Of a stretch of DNA of 64,000 nucleotides, positions 9,807 to 18,513 are shown piece by piece (position 1 is the first letter of the stretch; the number at the start of each line of letters is the position of its first letter). Made by a program: the position numbers and the translations under genes. The notes beneath the pieces were generated by a model. That model worked only from the letters and a program-made list of their open reading frames with translations, searched no databases and was not told where the DNA came from. Origin of the DNA: Candidatus Thorarchaeota archaeon (GTDB taxonomy: Archaea; Asgardarchaeota; Thorarchaeia; Thorarchaeales; Thorarchaeaceae); assembly GCA_003345545.1 (NCBI GenBank), contig PRDH01000047.1, positions 4,692 to 68,691 on the forward strand, written 5' to 3'.

Positions 9807-11150
9807 TCAGAGCCCAAACTCATCTGCAATGAACAGGACTCTTCTGCGAAAGTCGGGATGGTCTGAGTTCAGCATATTGACGCCAACCTCACTGTCAAAT
9901 AGCATTTTCTTCGGCTGAGCCCGCAGCAACTTCAGTAGTTCTGCCAACTCCTCTGAAGAGAGGCGTCGGTCTTGGTCGTAATCGACCTTCCTCCAGTCAA
10001 CAACATTCATGTCCCTTGTTGTTTTTGATACAGGTTTGGTGTCATTTCGAATCTTGAGGAGGGGCTGAATAGTGGGCTCCACAGCATCTTTGACCTGCTC
10101 ATCACTCAGCTGAACACCATACACCTCTCTCAAATGCCTGAGCTTGGTCGATAGGAAAACCCATGGCGAAATCTCGCGAGCATTTCGCTCGTCGATACCA
10201 TCCAGAGGGTACTGACTAATCATCCTCATGAGCTCAGCATTGGATATCGGGCCAACTCTCTCAGGATTGAGAGACTCAAGCCAGCGAATTTCATCAACAA
10301 GAACAGTTATAGCTTCAACGCGTTGTCCTAGTCGTATCAGAGAGTTGATGGTAGCCTCATGACCAAGCACTGTGGCGGCATGATGGTCAGACATAAGCTC
10401 TGCAGCTCTTGATGCTCTCTGCATGAAGTAGTTCGAGAGCAGGGTAAGTATTCTAGAGAGAATGAAGAATGCTAGTAGTACGACTGCCCTGACTGCCGTG
10501 GAAAACAGGTCACCATCAACTAGGAGAGAATCCGCGATAGCCAAGACAAGCCGGACATAGATATACAGGTAGATGAGGTCAATGAAAATGGAAGGCATTC
10601 GCACAAAGATCGTGACAATCGAGTCCCGATTCTTTATGTGACCGAGCTCATGAGCTATTACAGCTTGCATCTCTTCTTCATTCAAAATCTCCAGAGTATT
10701 GCTGTGAACAACCACAGTGGAGCCCAGAAGAGGAAGACTGAATGTGTAAGCATTTGGAATAGGCGACGCCATTAGATAGACCTTATCGACTGAAACCTCG
10801 CTCTTCTTCGCCAAATCGAGCGTCCACTTGACTATGCTATCGCGGCTGTACTTGCGCCTCCAGGGAACCTCCTTGTTGAATCGTGGATAGAGCTCTATCA
10901 AATTGGAGCTTCGCATCATCTGAGCAACAGAGGAATACAGTAGTACAAGCTGCATTAGTGCAATGCTGAAGAACAATGCTGCCGAAGCAAGGGGGTTTGT
11001 TCGGGCGAAGTTAATGCCTACGACGAAGAGTGTATCATCATCAAGGTAAAGCAAAGATACAATGAGTATTTGTATGAAGTCCATAATCAGGAAAGCATAG
11101 ATAGCATTCCACTTATCACGCGAGACTTCTTCAATCATGGACAACACCAA
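9807..11150 (-). CDS. M48 (HtpX-like) zinc metallopeptidase with a C-terminal soluble extension
   Basis: 447 aa. It has N-terminal TM segments and the HELGHIKNRD zinc motif flanked by further TM segments. The ~200-aa C-terminal extension contains an EF-hand-like loop, DYDQDRRLSSEE. Confidence 0.8.
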   Translation of the reverse strand: MVLSMIEEVSRDKWNAIYAFLIMDFIQILIVSLLYLDDDTLFVVGINFARTNPLASAALFFSIALMQLVLLYSSVAQMMRSSNLIELYPRFNKEVPWRRKYSRDSIVKWTLDLAKKSEVSVDKVYLMASPIPNAYTFSLPLLGSTVVVHSNTLEILNEEEMQAVIAHELGHIKNRDSIVTIFVRMPSIFIDLIYLYIYVRLVLAIADSLLVDGDLFSTAVRAVVLLAFFILSRILTLLSNYFMQRASRAAELMSDHHAATVLGHEATINSLIRLGQRVEAITVLVDEIRWLESLNPERVGPISNAELMRMISQYPLDGIDERNAREISPWVFLSTKLRHLREVYGVQLSDEQVKDAVEPTIQPLLKIRNDTKPVSKTTRDMNVVDWRKVDYDQDRRLSSEELAELLKLLRAQPKKMLFDSEVGVNMLNSDHPDFRRRVLFIADEFGL

Positions 11151-11247
11151 AATTCATCAGCATCGCACTGACAACTCTCGGAACCAGATTATTTGAATTC
11201 TGCGGTGGGTCCCATAGTCTTTATCATCAGGCGTAACTAGTGGAAGT

Positions 11248-12690
11248 TTGGCGTCTACAATGAGAGATGGGATGGATTTAGCGGAATACTGTATCGAGTT
11301 CGGACAAGGCCTCGGATGCAGCTATGTTGAAGCCAGATATGTCAGAGATCTGGCACGAGGGATGGCATTCAGGAACGGAGAACCAGTGTCAGGAGGTTAC
11401 TCCCCCTCCTCTGGTATTGGAGTGCGCGTCCTTGTGAACGGAAACATGGGCTTTGCATCATTTGACAGATTCGAGAAGAGCCTAGCAGAGGAGTCTATCA
11501 CAACTGCCTTCAGAATCGCAAAGAATGCCAAGAGGAAGATACCTATTGATCTTGGAAAGCCGATCTCCAACAAAGCAAAATGGAAGATGAAGGCAAAAGA
11601 ACCACTCACTGATGTTGATTCGGATACAATGATGCAGTTCACTACTGATACGAACAAACAGATGGAGGGGCTTGCAGCCTACGTATTCATGTTCAACCCC
11701 AAGGTGATTGACAAGTATTTTGTTACAAATGAAGGCGCTCAGATCGAGAGCCAATTATCCTACATCCTCATGTCCTCGACCCTAACCGCTCAGGCGCCAG
11801 GAGGTTCAGAGCAGAAATATCTTGACCTGACACTTGCCGGAGGATGGGAACGAATCCGAGAGTCTGATTGTCTTGAGCATCTCAAGGACGAGGTTGCGCG
11901 GTTGAGGAGGGCGGCTGAAACAGCTGTTAGGGTTGATGAGCTATTGAGCCAGCCGATTGACATGATTGTTGGGCCTCAGGTATCAGGCATCATGGCACAT
12001 GAGAATGTCGGTCATCCAAGCGAGGGGGATCGTATCATGGGCAGAGAGGGAGCGCAGGCAGGAGAGAGCTTCTGGAGGGACCTCAAAATTGGGGAATCGC
12101 GCGTGGGGTCTAGTGCGGTGAATGTCTGCGAGAATCCGACAATCGAGAAGACATCCGGCTACTACCTCTATGATGATGAGGGAGTGAAGTCGCGAAAGCG
12201 GCAACTCATCAAAAAGGGAATAATCAATGAACCACTCTTGAATAGAGAATTTGGTACGAGATTCGGAAGAGGCTCAAACGCAGCGGCACGTGCTTCAGCG
12301 TACAATAGAGAGCCAATAATCCGGATGGCGAACACCTATTTCGAACCAGGCGATTACTCCTTCGAAGAGCTCGTTGAGGACGTCAAGTTGGGAGTCTATA
12401 TGAGAAGTTTCCAAGAGTGGAATATCGACGACAGACGATACCAAGCCAAGTATACAGGCTCCGAAGCCTATCTTATCAGAAATGGTGAGATAACGAACAC
12501 GATGGTCAAGAGGCCTATCATGGAAACAACGAGCGTTGGAATGTTGAGTGCAGTTGATGCAGTCTCAAAGAATCTAGTCTTTGATTTCCCAGGAACATGC
12601 GGAAAGAGCGACCCCATGCAAGGAATTCCTGTCTATGCGGGAGGCGGAGAGATTAGATTCAGAGGCATCAGACTTGGAGGTGTTGGCTGA
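11248..12690 (+). CDS. tldD: TldD-family metalloprotease
   Basis: 480 aa. It has the HENVGHPSEGD (HExxxH) motif. It is translationally coupled to the downstream paralog through an ATGA overlap at 12690. Confidence 0.85.
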   Translation: MASTMRDGMDLAEYCIEFGQGLGCSYVEARYVRDLARGMAFRNGEPVSGGYSPSSGIGVRVLVNGNMGFASFDRFEKSLAEESITTAFRIAKNAKRKIPIDLGKPISNKAKWKMKAKEPLTDVDSDTMMQFTTDTNKQMEGLAAYVFMFNPKVIDKYFVTNEGAQIESQLSYILMSSTLTAQAPGGSEQKYLDLTLAGGWERIRESDCLEHLKDEVARLRRAAETAVRVDELLSQPIDMIVGPQVSGIMAHENVGHPSEGDRIMGREGAQAGESFWRDLKIGESRVGSSAVNVCENPTIEKTSGYYLYDDEGVKSRKRQLIKKGIINEPLLNREFGTRFGRGSNAAARASAYNREPIIRMANTYFEPGDYSFEELVEDVKLGVYMRSFQEWNIDDRRYQAKYTGSEAYLIRNGEITNTMVKRPIMETTSVGMLSAVDAVSKNLVFDFPGTCGKSDPMQGIPVYAGGGEIRFRGIRLGGVG

Positions 12691-14069
12691 TGAAGAACAC
12701 CGACCAACTGAAGACATTCGTTGACGAAGCTGTCGACTATGGTGCACGAAAGACTGACGCAATCATAGCACGCGTCACTAGGAAGAAGGACTCACAGATC
12801 CGATTCTCGCAGAGTGATATAGACATCAGCAATCGATGGAACAGCTTGCAGCTGGAGCTTTTCGTTTTGGTGAAGGGTAAGAAGACAGGTTCCACAGAGC
12901 GCCCCGTGGCTTCGATTGACGATGTCAGAAAGACTGTCGATGATGCAGTCACCTTCACAGGAATTCTGCCCGATTCAATGTTCTTTGCAGGACTAGAAGA
13001 TAAGATAGGGTCTTATCCTAGATTGAAGGAGCAGTATGACAGTCGAATCGACGAATTTGTTGAAGAAGCCCCAGAAATCGTCAACTCTGTTGTGGACCAG
13101 GCCCTACAAGAGGGCGCGAAAAGAGTGGCAGGTGCCCTCATGGTCACAGACCAGACATTCCTCTTTCGGTCGAGTCATGGACCAGAAGGCTCAGGCAAAA
13201 GGACTACTTTCGACCTCAATGTCAGAGCGCTCCAGGATGAGCTGGACTACTCCGGACAGGGACTGGAGTGCGGAACCATGCCCACGAAATCGAAGAAGAA
13301 GATGCTCGCTGCAGGTGCTAAAGCGGGAAGACTATCGAAGCAGGCCATTGGAGCGGCGCAAGGCACTCCAGGCAAATACGACCTCGTACTGTCGCCAACT
13401 GTGGCAGCCAGTGTAATCGGCCTAATTCCAGCTCAAGCGAATCCGTTTCTGATCATGACGGGTATGTCACCACTGAAAGACCGCATGGGTGAGCAGATTG
13501 CACCCGAGTTCGTTACTGCCTATGAGGACCCCTTGTTCGAGGGAGGTCTTGGAAGTACTCCATTCGACTGGGAAGGCACTCCGAGCAAGACACTGGCTAT
13601 CACCGATAGAGGAGTACTCAAGGCATTGGTTCACAACACAACAACAGCGAAACTCTTTGAGTCTGAGAGCACTGGGAGCTCAAGAATGGTAGTTCTAGGA
13701 ATGGGAATGAAGATGCTTCTTCCGGGGCCGTCAAACGTCGTATTCGAGAACGGAGACCATAACCTAGAAGAGATTCTTGATGTCAGTAGACCAACAATCT
13801 ATGTGACATGCAACTGGTACTCACGATTCCAGAACCATCAGACAGGCGACTTCTCAACTATTCCGAGAGATGCCATGTTCCTCGTCAAGAGGGGCGAGAT
13901 GAAGCCCATCAAGAACATGCGTATTAGTGACAACACAATGAGGATGTTGGCAAATATCGATGCTCTCGGTAGCGACCGTACACAGGTCTTCTGGTGGGAG
14001 GTTCAGACGCCAACGGTCATACCTACAATGAGGATTCGTGACTGCAAAATGACAGCAGCAACACAATAG
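12690..14069 (+). CDS. pmbA: PmbA/TldE-family protein (TldD partner)
   Basis: 459 aa. It has TldD/PmbA-family length and C-terminal pattern (RPTIYVTCNWYSRF...ISDNTMRML) without the HExxxH motif, and it immediately follows tldD. Confidence 0.8.
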   Translation: MKNTDQLKTFVDEAVDYGARKTDAIIARVTRKKDSQIRFSQSDIDISNRWNSLQLELFVLVKGKKTGSTERPVASIDDVRKTVDDAVTFTGILPDSMFFAGLEDKIGSYPRLKEQYDSRIDEFVEEAPEIVNSVVDQALQEGAKRVAGALMVTDQTFLFRSSHGPEGSGKRTTFDLNVRALQDELDYSGQGLECGTMPTKSKKKMLAAGAKAGRLSKQAIGAAQGTPGKYDLVLSPTVAASVIGLIPAQANPFLIMTGMSPLKDRMGEQIAPEFVTAYEDPLFEGGLGSTPFDWEGTPSKTLAITDRGVLKALVHNTTTAKLFESESTGSSRMVVLGMGMKMLLPGPSNVVFENGDHNLEEILDVSRPTIYVTCNWYSRFQNHQTGDFSTIPRDAMFLVKRGEMKPIKNMRISDNTMRMLANIDALGSDRTQVFWWEVQTPTVIPTMRIRDCKMTAATQ

Positions 14070-14088
14070 ATCGCAATCAGATGTTGTG

Positions 14089-14109
14089 GCGGAGCCTCCG
14101 TGGCTCCGC
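14089..14109 (+). terminator. GC-rich hairpin downstream of pmbA (possible terminator)
   Basis: GCGGAGCC (14089-14096) pairs perfectly with GGCTCCGC (14102-14109) across a 5-nt loop, 20 nt after the pmbA stop. Only a weak T-rich tail follows. Confidence 0.3.
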
Positions 14110-14352
14110 TCCTGTATTCAAGAGCAGTTTCGAAGCAGTTTGCCCTGTTCGATGTGTTTCGCATGATTTGATAGAATCTCCGAACATCGAGTCTGAGAGA
14201 CACAAGCAGCAAGAAATCCTACAGTTTCTTCAGCTTACTTTTGATAATGGGATATAGAAACAGCTTCTGGCACTTCACTGGTTGTCGATTAAGATTTATT
14301 AGCCAGTTCGCCCTCATGTGACATGATTCGCATATGGTATCGGTGATGACTA

Positions 14353-14754
14353 ATGACAAGAATAATAGATATTGAAGGAATAGGTACATCAAATGCTCAG
14401 AAACTCAAAGCAGCCGGTATAGAGAGTACCGAGAAGCTATTGGATGTAGGCGGTTCTCCTCATGGTAGGGACGAACTGAGTAAGAAGATAGGCATAACGA
14501 GTAGCCAGATTTTGGAATGGGTCAATCGAGCCGATTTGTACAGGATCAAAGGGGTTGGCAAGCAGTATTCTGATCTTCTTGAACAGGCAGGAGTCGATAC
14601 TGTAGTTGAACTCGCGCAAAGAGTTCCAGAGAACTTACACGCAAAGATGTTAGAAGTGAATAAGGCTAAGAAATTCGTTCAAAGACCGCCCTCCCTCAAT
14701 GCCGTGAAGAAATGGGTAGGCCAGGCCAAGGCTCTACCTCGAAAAATCCAATGA
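14353..14754 (+). CDS. DUF4332 (tandem helix-hairpin-helix) protein
   Basis: 133 aa. It has two HhH-like units, IEGIGTSNAQKLKAAGIEST and IKGVGKQYSDLLEQAGVDTVVELA, in the DUF4332 family layout. Confidence 0.7.
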   Translation: MTRIIDIEGIGTSNAQKLKAAGIESTEKLLDVGGSPHGRDELSKKIGITSSQILEWVNRADLYRIKGVGKQYSDLLEQAGVDTVVELAQRVPENLHAKMLEVNKAKKFVQRPPSLNAVKKWVGQAKALPRKIQ

Positions 14755-14769
14755 AGCTCCTTGAGTGTA

Positions 14770-15112
14770 AGAGCACGATAGTTCAATAATGGCAGGTTTG
14801 GGCCTGGAATGAAAACGTTTCTCCCAGGTCCAGCTCATATTGCCTTGAAGAGCTTATACTATTGCATCAAGAAACTGCTAGATGTAATCAGACCAACCAT
14901 ATGTACGATATGCAACTGGTATTTGCCTTTCTAAAGGAGGTCAGGTTCCTCTTCAAGAAGATGCACCTCAGTGATAATACGATGAAGACGCTTCCGAGCT
15001 AGATGCATTTACGGATGACTTTGGACAGGTGTTTCGGTAGGAAGCAAGGGCGATTATTGTCTTGCTAATAATAAGAATGGGAATCTGCAGAATGACTGCA
15101 GCAACGCAGTGA
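14770..15112 (+). pseudogene. Decayed relic of the 3' end of a pmbA/tldE paralog
   Basis: By-eye nucleotide alignment to pmbA 13690-14069. For example, gatgtaatcagaccaaccatatgtacgatatgcaactggta matches gatgtcagtagaccaacaatctatgtgacatgcaactggta, and gaatgggaatctgcagaatgactgcagcaacgcagtga matches caatgaggattcgtgactgcaaaatgacagcagcaacacaatag. The relic has in-frame stops (CNWYLPF*) and internal deletions. Confidence 0.6.
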
Positions 15113-15159
15113 GCAGTCATCATTCACTACTATATGACTTGATGAATGTGGGTACTGTC

Positions 15160-15630
15160 TCACCATGGTTCTGAACTGCCCAGCCAACCGAATAGGAAAG
15201 CTGAAGCAACTTGGATTCCAATCAGGAGGTTCACCAAGAGAATAGTCGCCCCAAGAGAGGTGTTGTGAGGTTTACAAAAGCCTACCACATAGAGATACCC
15301 CACCCAGAGACCAGATATGAGCCCAAAATACGGAATCCATCCGAACAGCAGAACTGGTGAAGCCGAGAAAACGCCAATCTTCAAAGAGTCGAGAACAGTC
15401 CCAGTTCCGCGCAATCCCTTCGCAAAGATATGGAATAGCAGACCCAGAAGGGGCAACTTCAGTACATTGCCAAAATACGTCAGGATGCCAACCCAAAAGT
15501 AGCGACTAATCCCTGTAGATGCTTCAAGGAGAGGAGCCTGTAGGTATGCTCCCATTTGTGCATTCGTACCTGCATGAACTATATCACAAGGAATGTGGAA
15601 CCAGTTTACAATGGGAGTTAGCAATGCCAA
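15160..15630 (-). CDS. Yip1-domain-like polytopic membrane protein (5' end uncertain, probably frameshifted)
   Basis: 156 aa from a TTG start that falls inside a hydrophobic helix. The core pattern FAKGLRGTGTVLDSLKIGVFSASPVLLFGWIPYFGLISGLWVGYLYVVGF resembles the Yip1 (PF04893) family core. The reading frame stays open upstream of the TTG, and a Yip1-like N-terminus lies in another frame (see findings). Confidence 0.5.
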   Translation of the reverse strand: MALLTPIVNWFHIPCDIVHAGTNAQMGAYLQAPLLEASTGISRYFWVGILTYFGNVLKLPLLGLLFHIFAKGLRGTGTVLDSLKIGVFSASPVLLFGWIPYFGLISGLWVGYLYVVGFCKPHNTSLGATILLVNLLIGIQVASAFLFGWLGSSEPW

Positions 15631-15772
15631 GATTACACTCAGACTAGGAAGAAACGCAGCACGGGCCAGAATCCTTGGATCTCTCGTTCCCTTCGAACAC
15701 TACATCAGGGTGCAACACCAGACTGAGAGCCTTCCGAAAATCCCCAGTAAGTTACATGCTGGCACCTCAAGT

Positions 15773-16321
15773 CTATACCTTGGCGGCATGACGAACTCGT
15801 CGTGACTCTGCTGCTGCATGCAGGAACATCTCCGATACGTTGTAACCCGTCCGTGCGGAGGTTTCAAAGTACTCAAGCTGAAGCAGATTTGCAAGTGAGT
15901 GGCCTTCCTGTTCAGAGATGACAGCTTCGTTCTTGAGGTCAGCTTTGTTGGCTACAAGTGAACCACTGAGGAATTTGTCCCTCTGGATGCAGATCTTCTC
16001 TGTGAGAGCCTCATAGAGAGGGGTGATTCGTTTGAAGGTCTCCTTATTGGTCATATCATAGACCATGATTAGGTGATGAGCGCCTTCATAGAACCTATTC
16101 CGCAAGCCTGCAAAGGTCTCCTGACCACCAACATCGACGATGGTCAGAACGACTTTTCCTTCTGGGAAATTGAACACTATGGCGCTGAGGTCAGCAGCGA
16201 CAGTTGCAGTATGGTCTTCCCTGAACTCGTTGGTCTGATAGCGTCTGACAAGACTCGATTTGCCCACACTTGGTGCGCCGACAATGATTGTCTTGTATAG
16301 CTCTGCTGCCAAGTAGTCCAC
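15773..16321 (-). CDS. Ras-superfamily small GTPase (Rab/Ras-like)
   Basis: 182 aa with all G motifs: G1 GAPSVGKS, G2 region HTATV, G3 DVGGQE, G4 NKAD, G5 ETSAR. There is no C-terminal CaaX/CC prenylation motif. Confidence 0.85.
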   Translation of the reverse strand: MDYLAAELYKTIIVGAPSVGKSSLVRRYQTNEFREDHTATVAADLSAIVFNFPEGKVVLTIVDVGGQETFAGLRNRFYEGAHHLIMVYDMTNKETFKRITPLYEALTEKICIQRDKFLSGSLVANKADLKNEAVISEQEGHSLANLLQLEYFETSARTGYNVSEMFLHAAAESRRVRHAAKV

Positions 16322-16435
16322 CTATTGACTAATCCCTAAGAGAAAATGTGAGTACATCACTTATCAGTATTACTAATATCCTGCAGAAACACCAATCGAA
16401 GAGTTTTAGAAGACTCGCCGGCTCACCTTGGAAGT

Positions 16436-16903
16436 ATGATTGACTTCAAAGACATCAGGAAAAGGACGACAAGTGTTAGAGGATACGTTGACGCCTTATC
16501 CGAGAAAGACAAAGATATCATAATACAAGCATACAAGGAATACAGACTCAATGAGGTCGCGCTGAGGGAGTTGAAGGTCCTGGCAAAGGGTCTCAAGGTC
16601 GTCGTGTTTAGTGCGGCCTGGTGCGGTGACTGCAAGAGAGCTATGCCAGTCATGCTCCATCTCGAAGAGCAGACAGGGATTGATGTCATGGTATTTGGAA
16701 ACATCAAGACGGATCCTCTGAACAAGGCTGCCAAGTGGAGAGTGCCACCTTCGCCTCCAGAGATGAACAAGTGGGGAGTGACTGCAATCCCCTGGTTCGA
16801 GTTCTTTGATGCCAAGGGAAACAAGATAGGCACTCTTATCGAGAAACCAACAGTAAAAGATACGCTCGAAGAAGAGATTGTGCACGTGCTCAAGAATAAA
16901 TAG
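16436..16903 (+). CDS. Thioredoxin-fold protein
   Basis: 155 aa. It has the WCGDC active-site motif in the context VVVFSAAWCGDCKRAMP. I preferred this ORF over two antisense ORFs of similar length that have no motifs. Confidence 0.7.
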   Translation: MIDFKDIRKRTTSVRGYVDALSEKDKDIIIQAYKEYRLNEVALRELKVLAKGLKVVVFSAAWCGDCKRAMPVMLHLEEQTGIDVMVFGNIKTDPLNKAAKWRVPPSPPEMNKWGVTAIPWFEFFDAKGNKIGTLIEKPTVKDTLEEEIVHVLKNK

Positions 16904-16945
16904 TGATGCACCTCGTATTAGTTCATTCACACGGAGGAAAGGACT

Positions 16946-18208
16946 TTGGAGATTCCGATGCTGTCTAAATTCGTTGAAGGTCTGAAGCTCTTCTTTTCAT
17001 CGAAGAGACTGAAGTGGTTGACACTCGTATTCGTTCTTGGAGCTGGCCTAATCGCTCTAATGGAACGTATTGTACTTCTGGTGCCTTCATCAGTGACGAA
17101 TCTGCTAGCCTTGTTCGCTGGTGGCGTATTCCCGACATTCTTCATGCTCACTGCGTTCTTCTCATTGATCGGACTTGCAAGATTCGTAGCGAGTGACGAG
17201 TCGTACGCTAGATCAGTCATCTTTACGATTATGTGGATGGTAGTTAGCATTGTAGTCTTGCTACTGCTAGTCTTCGTAGTGCGAGATTTCTTCAACATCA
17301 TGTTCATCGGCGTTGCTTTTCTTGGCTGGATTGGCTTCCAGTCATATTTCTCTACGCGATCCTCACTGGGGTATGCAGAGAGTGCTGCAATTCAAAGCAA
17401 ATCAAAGCTGGTGGGTATCCTCTATGGATTCCTGTACATTCTGAACTATGGTTTGATTGCTGGCTCTTTCATTGTCACATCATTCATTAATCCTTCAATC
17501 CTCTTAACGGCAGCATGGTTTCTAGCCATCCTAGGAGCACTGCTTGCAGCGGGCTTCAATTTCCTGAATGGCTGGGTCCTACTAGCTGAGCGTAACAAAT
17601 CAACAGCAAGCAGCATAGCATTCCTAGGTCTGTTCATTTCGTCGTACTCAGCCTATTTCATATACAATGTTTTGAAAGGATTTGATGCAGGCTTCGACCT
17701 CGTAGGAGCGGCAATCTCAATCTTCTTCCTAGTGTATACGATGAGCAGTATTGGCCGGACACTGGCCAGCCGCGCAGAGTTAGATACAAGATGGAAACTA
17801 AGCAAGGAATTGGCTGCCACGTCCACCTTCTTCCTCGCGTCAGGCTATATGTTCACAGATGCATTGTTTACTGTGATTCTCTCTGGCACTAATCCAGCGC
17901 TAGCGGGGGTAGTCGGAGATATCGTCAAACTCATCATCTTCCCGTTCGTTGCATTCATCATGGAGTTGAACTTCATTAGGAAGTCGAGGAAGATGCCCAA
18001 GGAAGCACCTATGCCTGAGGTTCTGCCTGCTACCCCAGTTGAAGGAGAGGAGCAGCTTGAAGAGGAACCAGAGATTCCTCAACCCCAAGTTGGCAGTTCT
18101 CAAGAGATGTTACCCGAGGACTCAGAGTCCCCAGAGGATTCGGAGGCGTCATCAGCAGAGGTGCTGGAAGAGGATACAACAGAGGCATCTGAAGAGGATT
18201 CCAAGTAG
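16946..18208 (+). CDS. Polytopic membrane protein with an acidic C-terminal tail (unknown function)
   Basis: 420 aa with about 10 hydrophobic segments. The last ~70 aa are very E/D/S/P-rich. A GGAGG at 16933-16937 lies 8 nt before the TTG start. Confidence 0.6.
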   Translation: MEIPMLSKFVEGLKLFFSSKRLKWLTLVFVLGAGLIALMERIVLLVPSSVTNLLALFAGGVFPTFFMLTAFFSLIGLARFVASDESYARSVIFTIMWMVVSIVVLLLLVFVVRDFFNIMFIGVAFLGWIGFQSYFSTRSSLGYAESAAIQSKSKLVGILYGFLYILNYGLIAGSFIVTSFINPSILLTAAWFLAILGALLAAGFNFLNGWVLLAERNKSTASSIAFLGLFISSYSAYFIYNVLKGFDAGFDLVGAAISIFFLVYTMSSIGRTLASRAELDTRWKLSKELAATSTFFLASGYMFTDALFTVILSGTNPALAGVVGDIVKLIIFPFVAFIMELNFIRKSRKMPKEAPMPEVLPATPVEGEEQLEEEPEIPQPQVGSSQEMLPEDSESPEDSEASSAEVLEEDTTEASEEDSK

Positions 18209-18348
18209 TTGAGTGAAGATGAACACTAGCATCCATTTCTCTCCGCATATCTAAGCGAAGTTTTTTAACCCGTGAGGTTTAGTTACTGGCAATACGCGGT
18301 ACACTTGACGGTACCCGAGTTCAACAGAACATTAGCGGAGAAACTAAA

Positions 18349-18513
18349 ATGGCAAAGTATGAATGCATGGTCTGTGGCTGGATATATGACGAGGACGTGG
18401 GTGACCCCGACAGTGGGATTGAGGCGGGGACCAAGTTTGCTGACCTGCCGGATGACTGGGTCTGCCCTATGTGTGGCGCGGCCCGTGACGACTTCCAGTT
18501 ACTAGAAGAGTGA
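18349..18513 (+). CDS. rub: Rubredoxin
   Basis: Not in the ORF track because it is 54 aa. My translation is [54 protein letters not shown]. It has the canonical CxxCG ... CPxCG pairs and the conserved WxYD / F.DLPDDW.CP pattern. Confidence 0.85.
   Translation: MAKYECMVCGWIYDEDVGDPDSGIEAGTKFADLPDDWVCPMCGAARDDFQLLEE

Noticed and set aside
16423-16930. Two minus-strand ORFs (162 and 144 aa) overlapping the thioredoxin-like gene
   Set aside because: The plus-strand frame carries the WCGDC thioredoxin motif in its proper context. The antisense frames have no motifs and an S/L-rich composition typical of shadow ORFs.
18272-18505. 77-aa ORF from the track that overlaps the rubredoxin locus
   Set aside because: It is in a different frame from a textbook 54-aa rubredoxin (18349-18513) and has no recognisable features. 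The rubredoxin frame explains the region.
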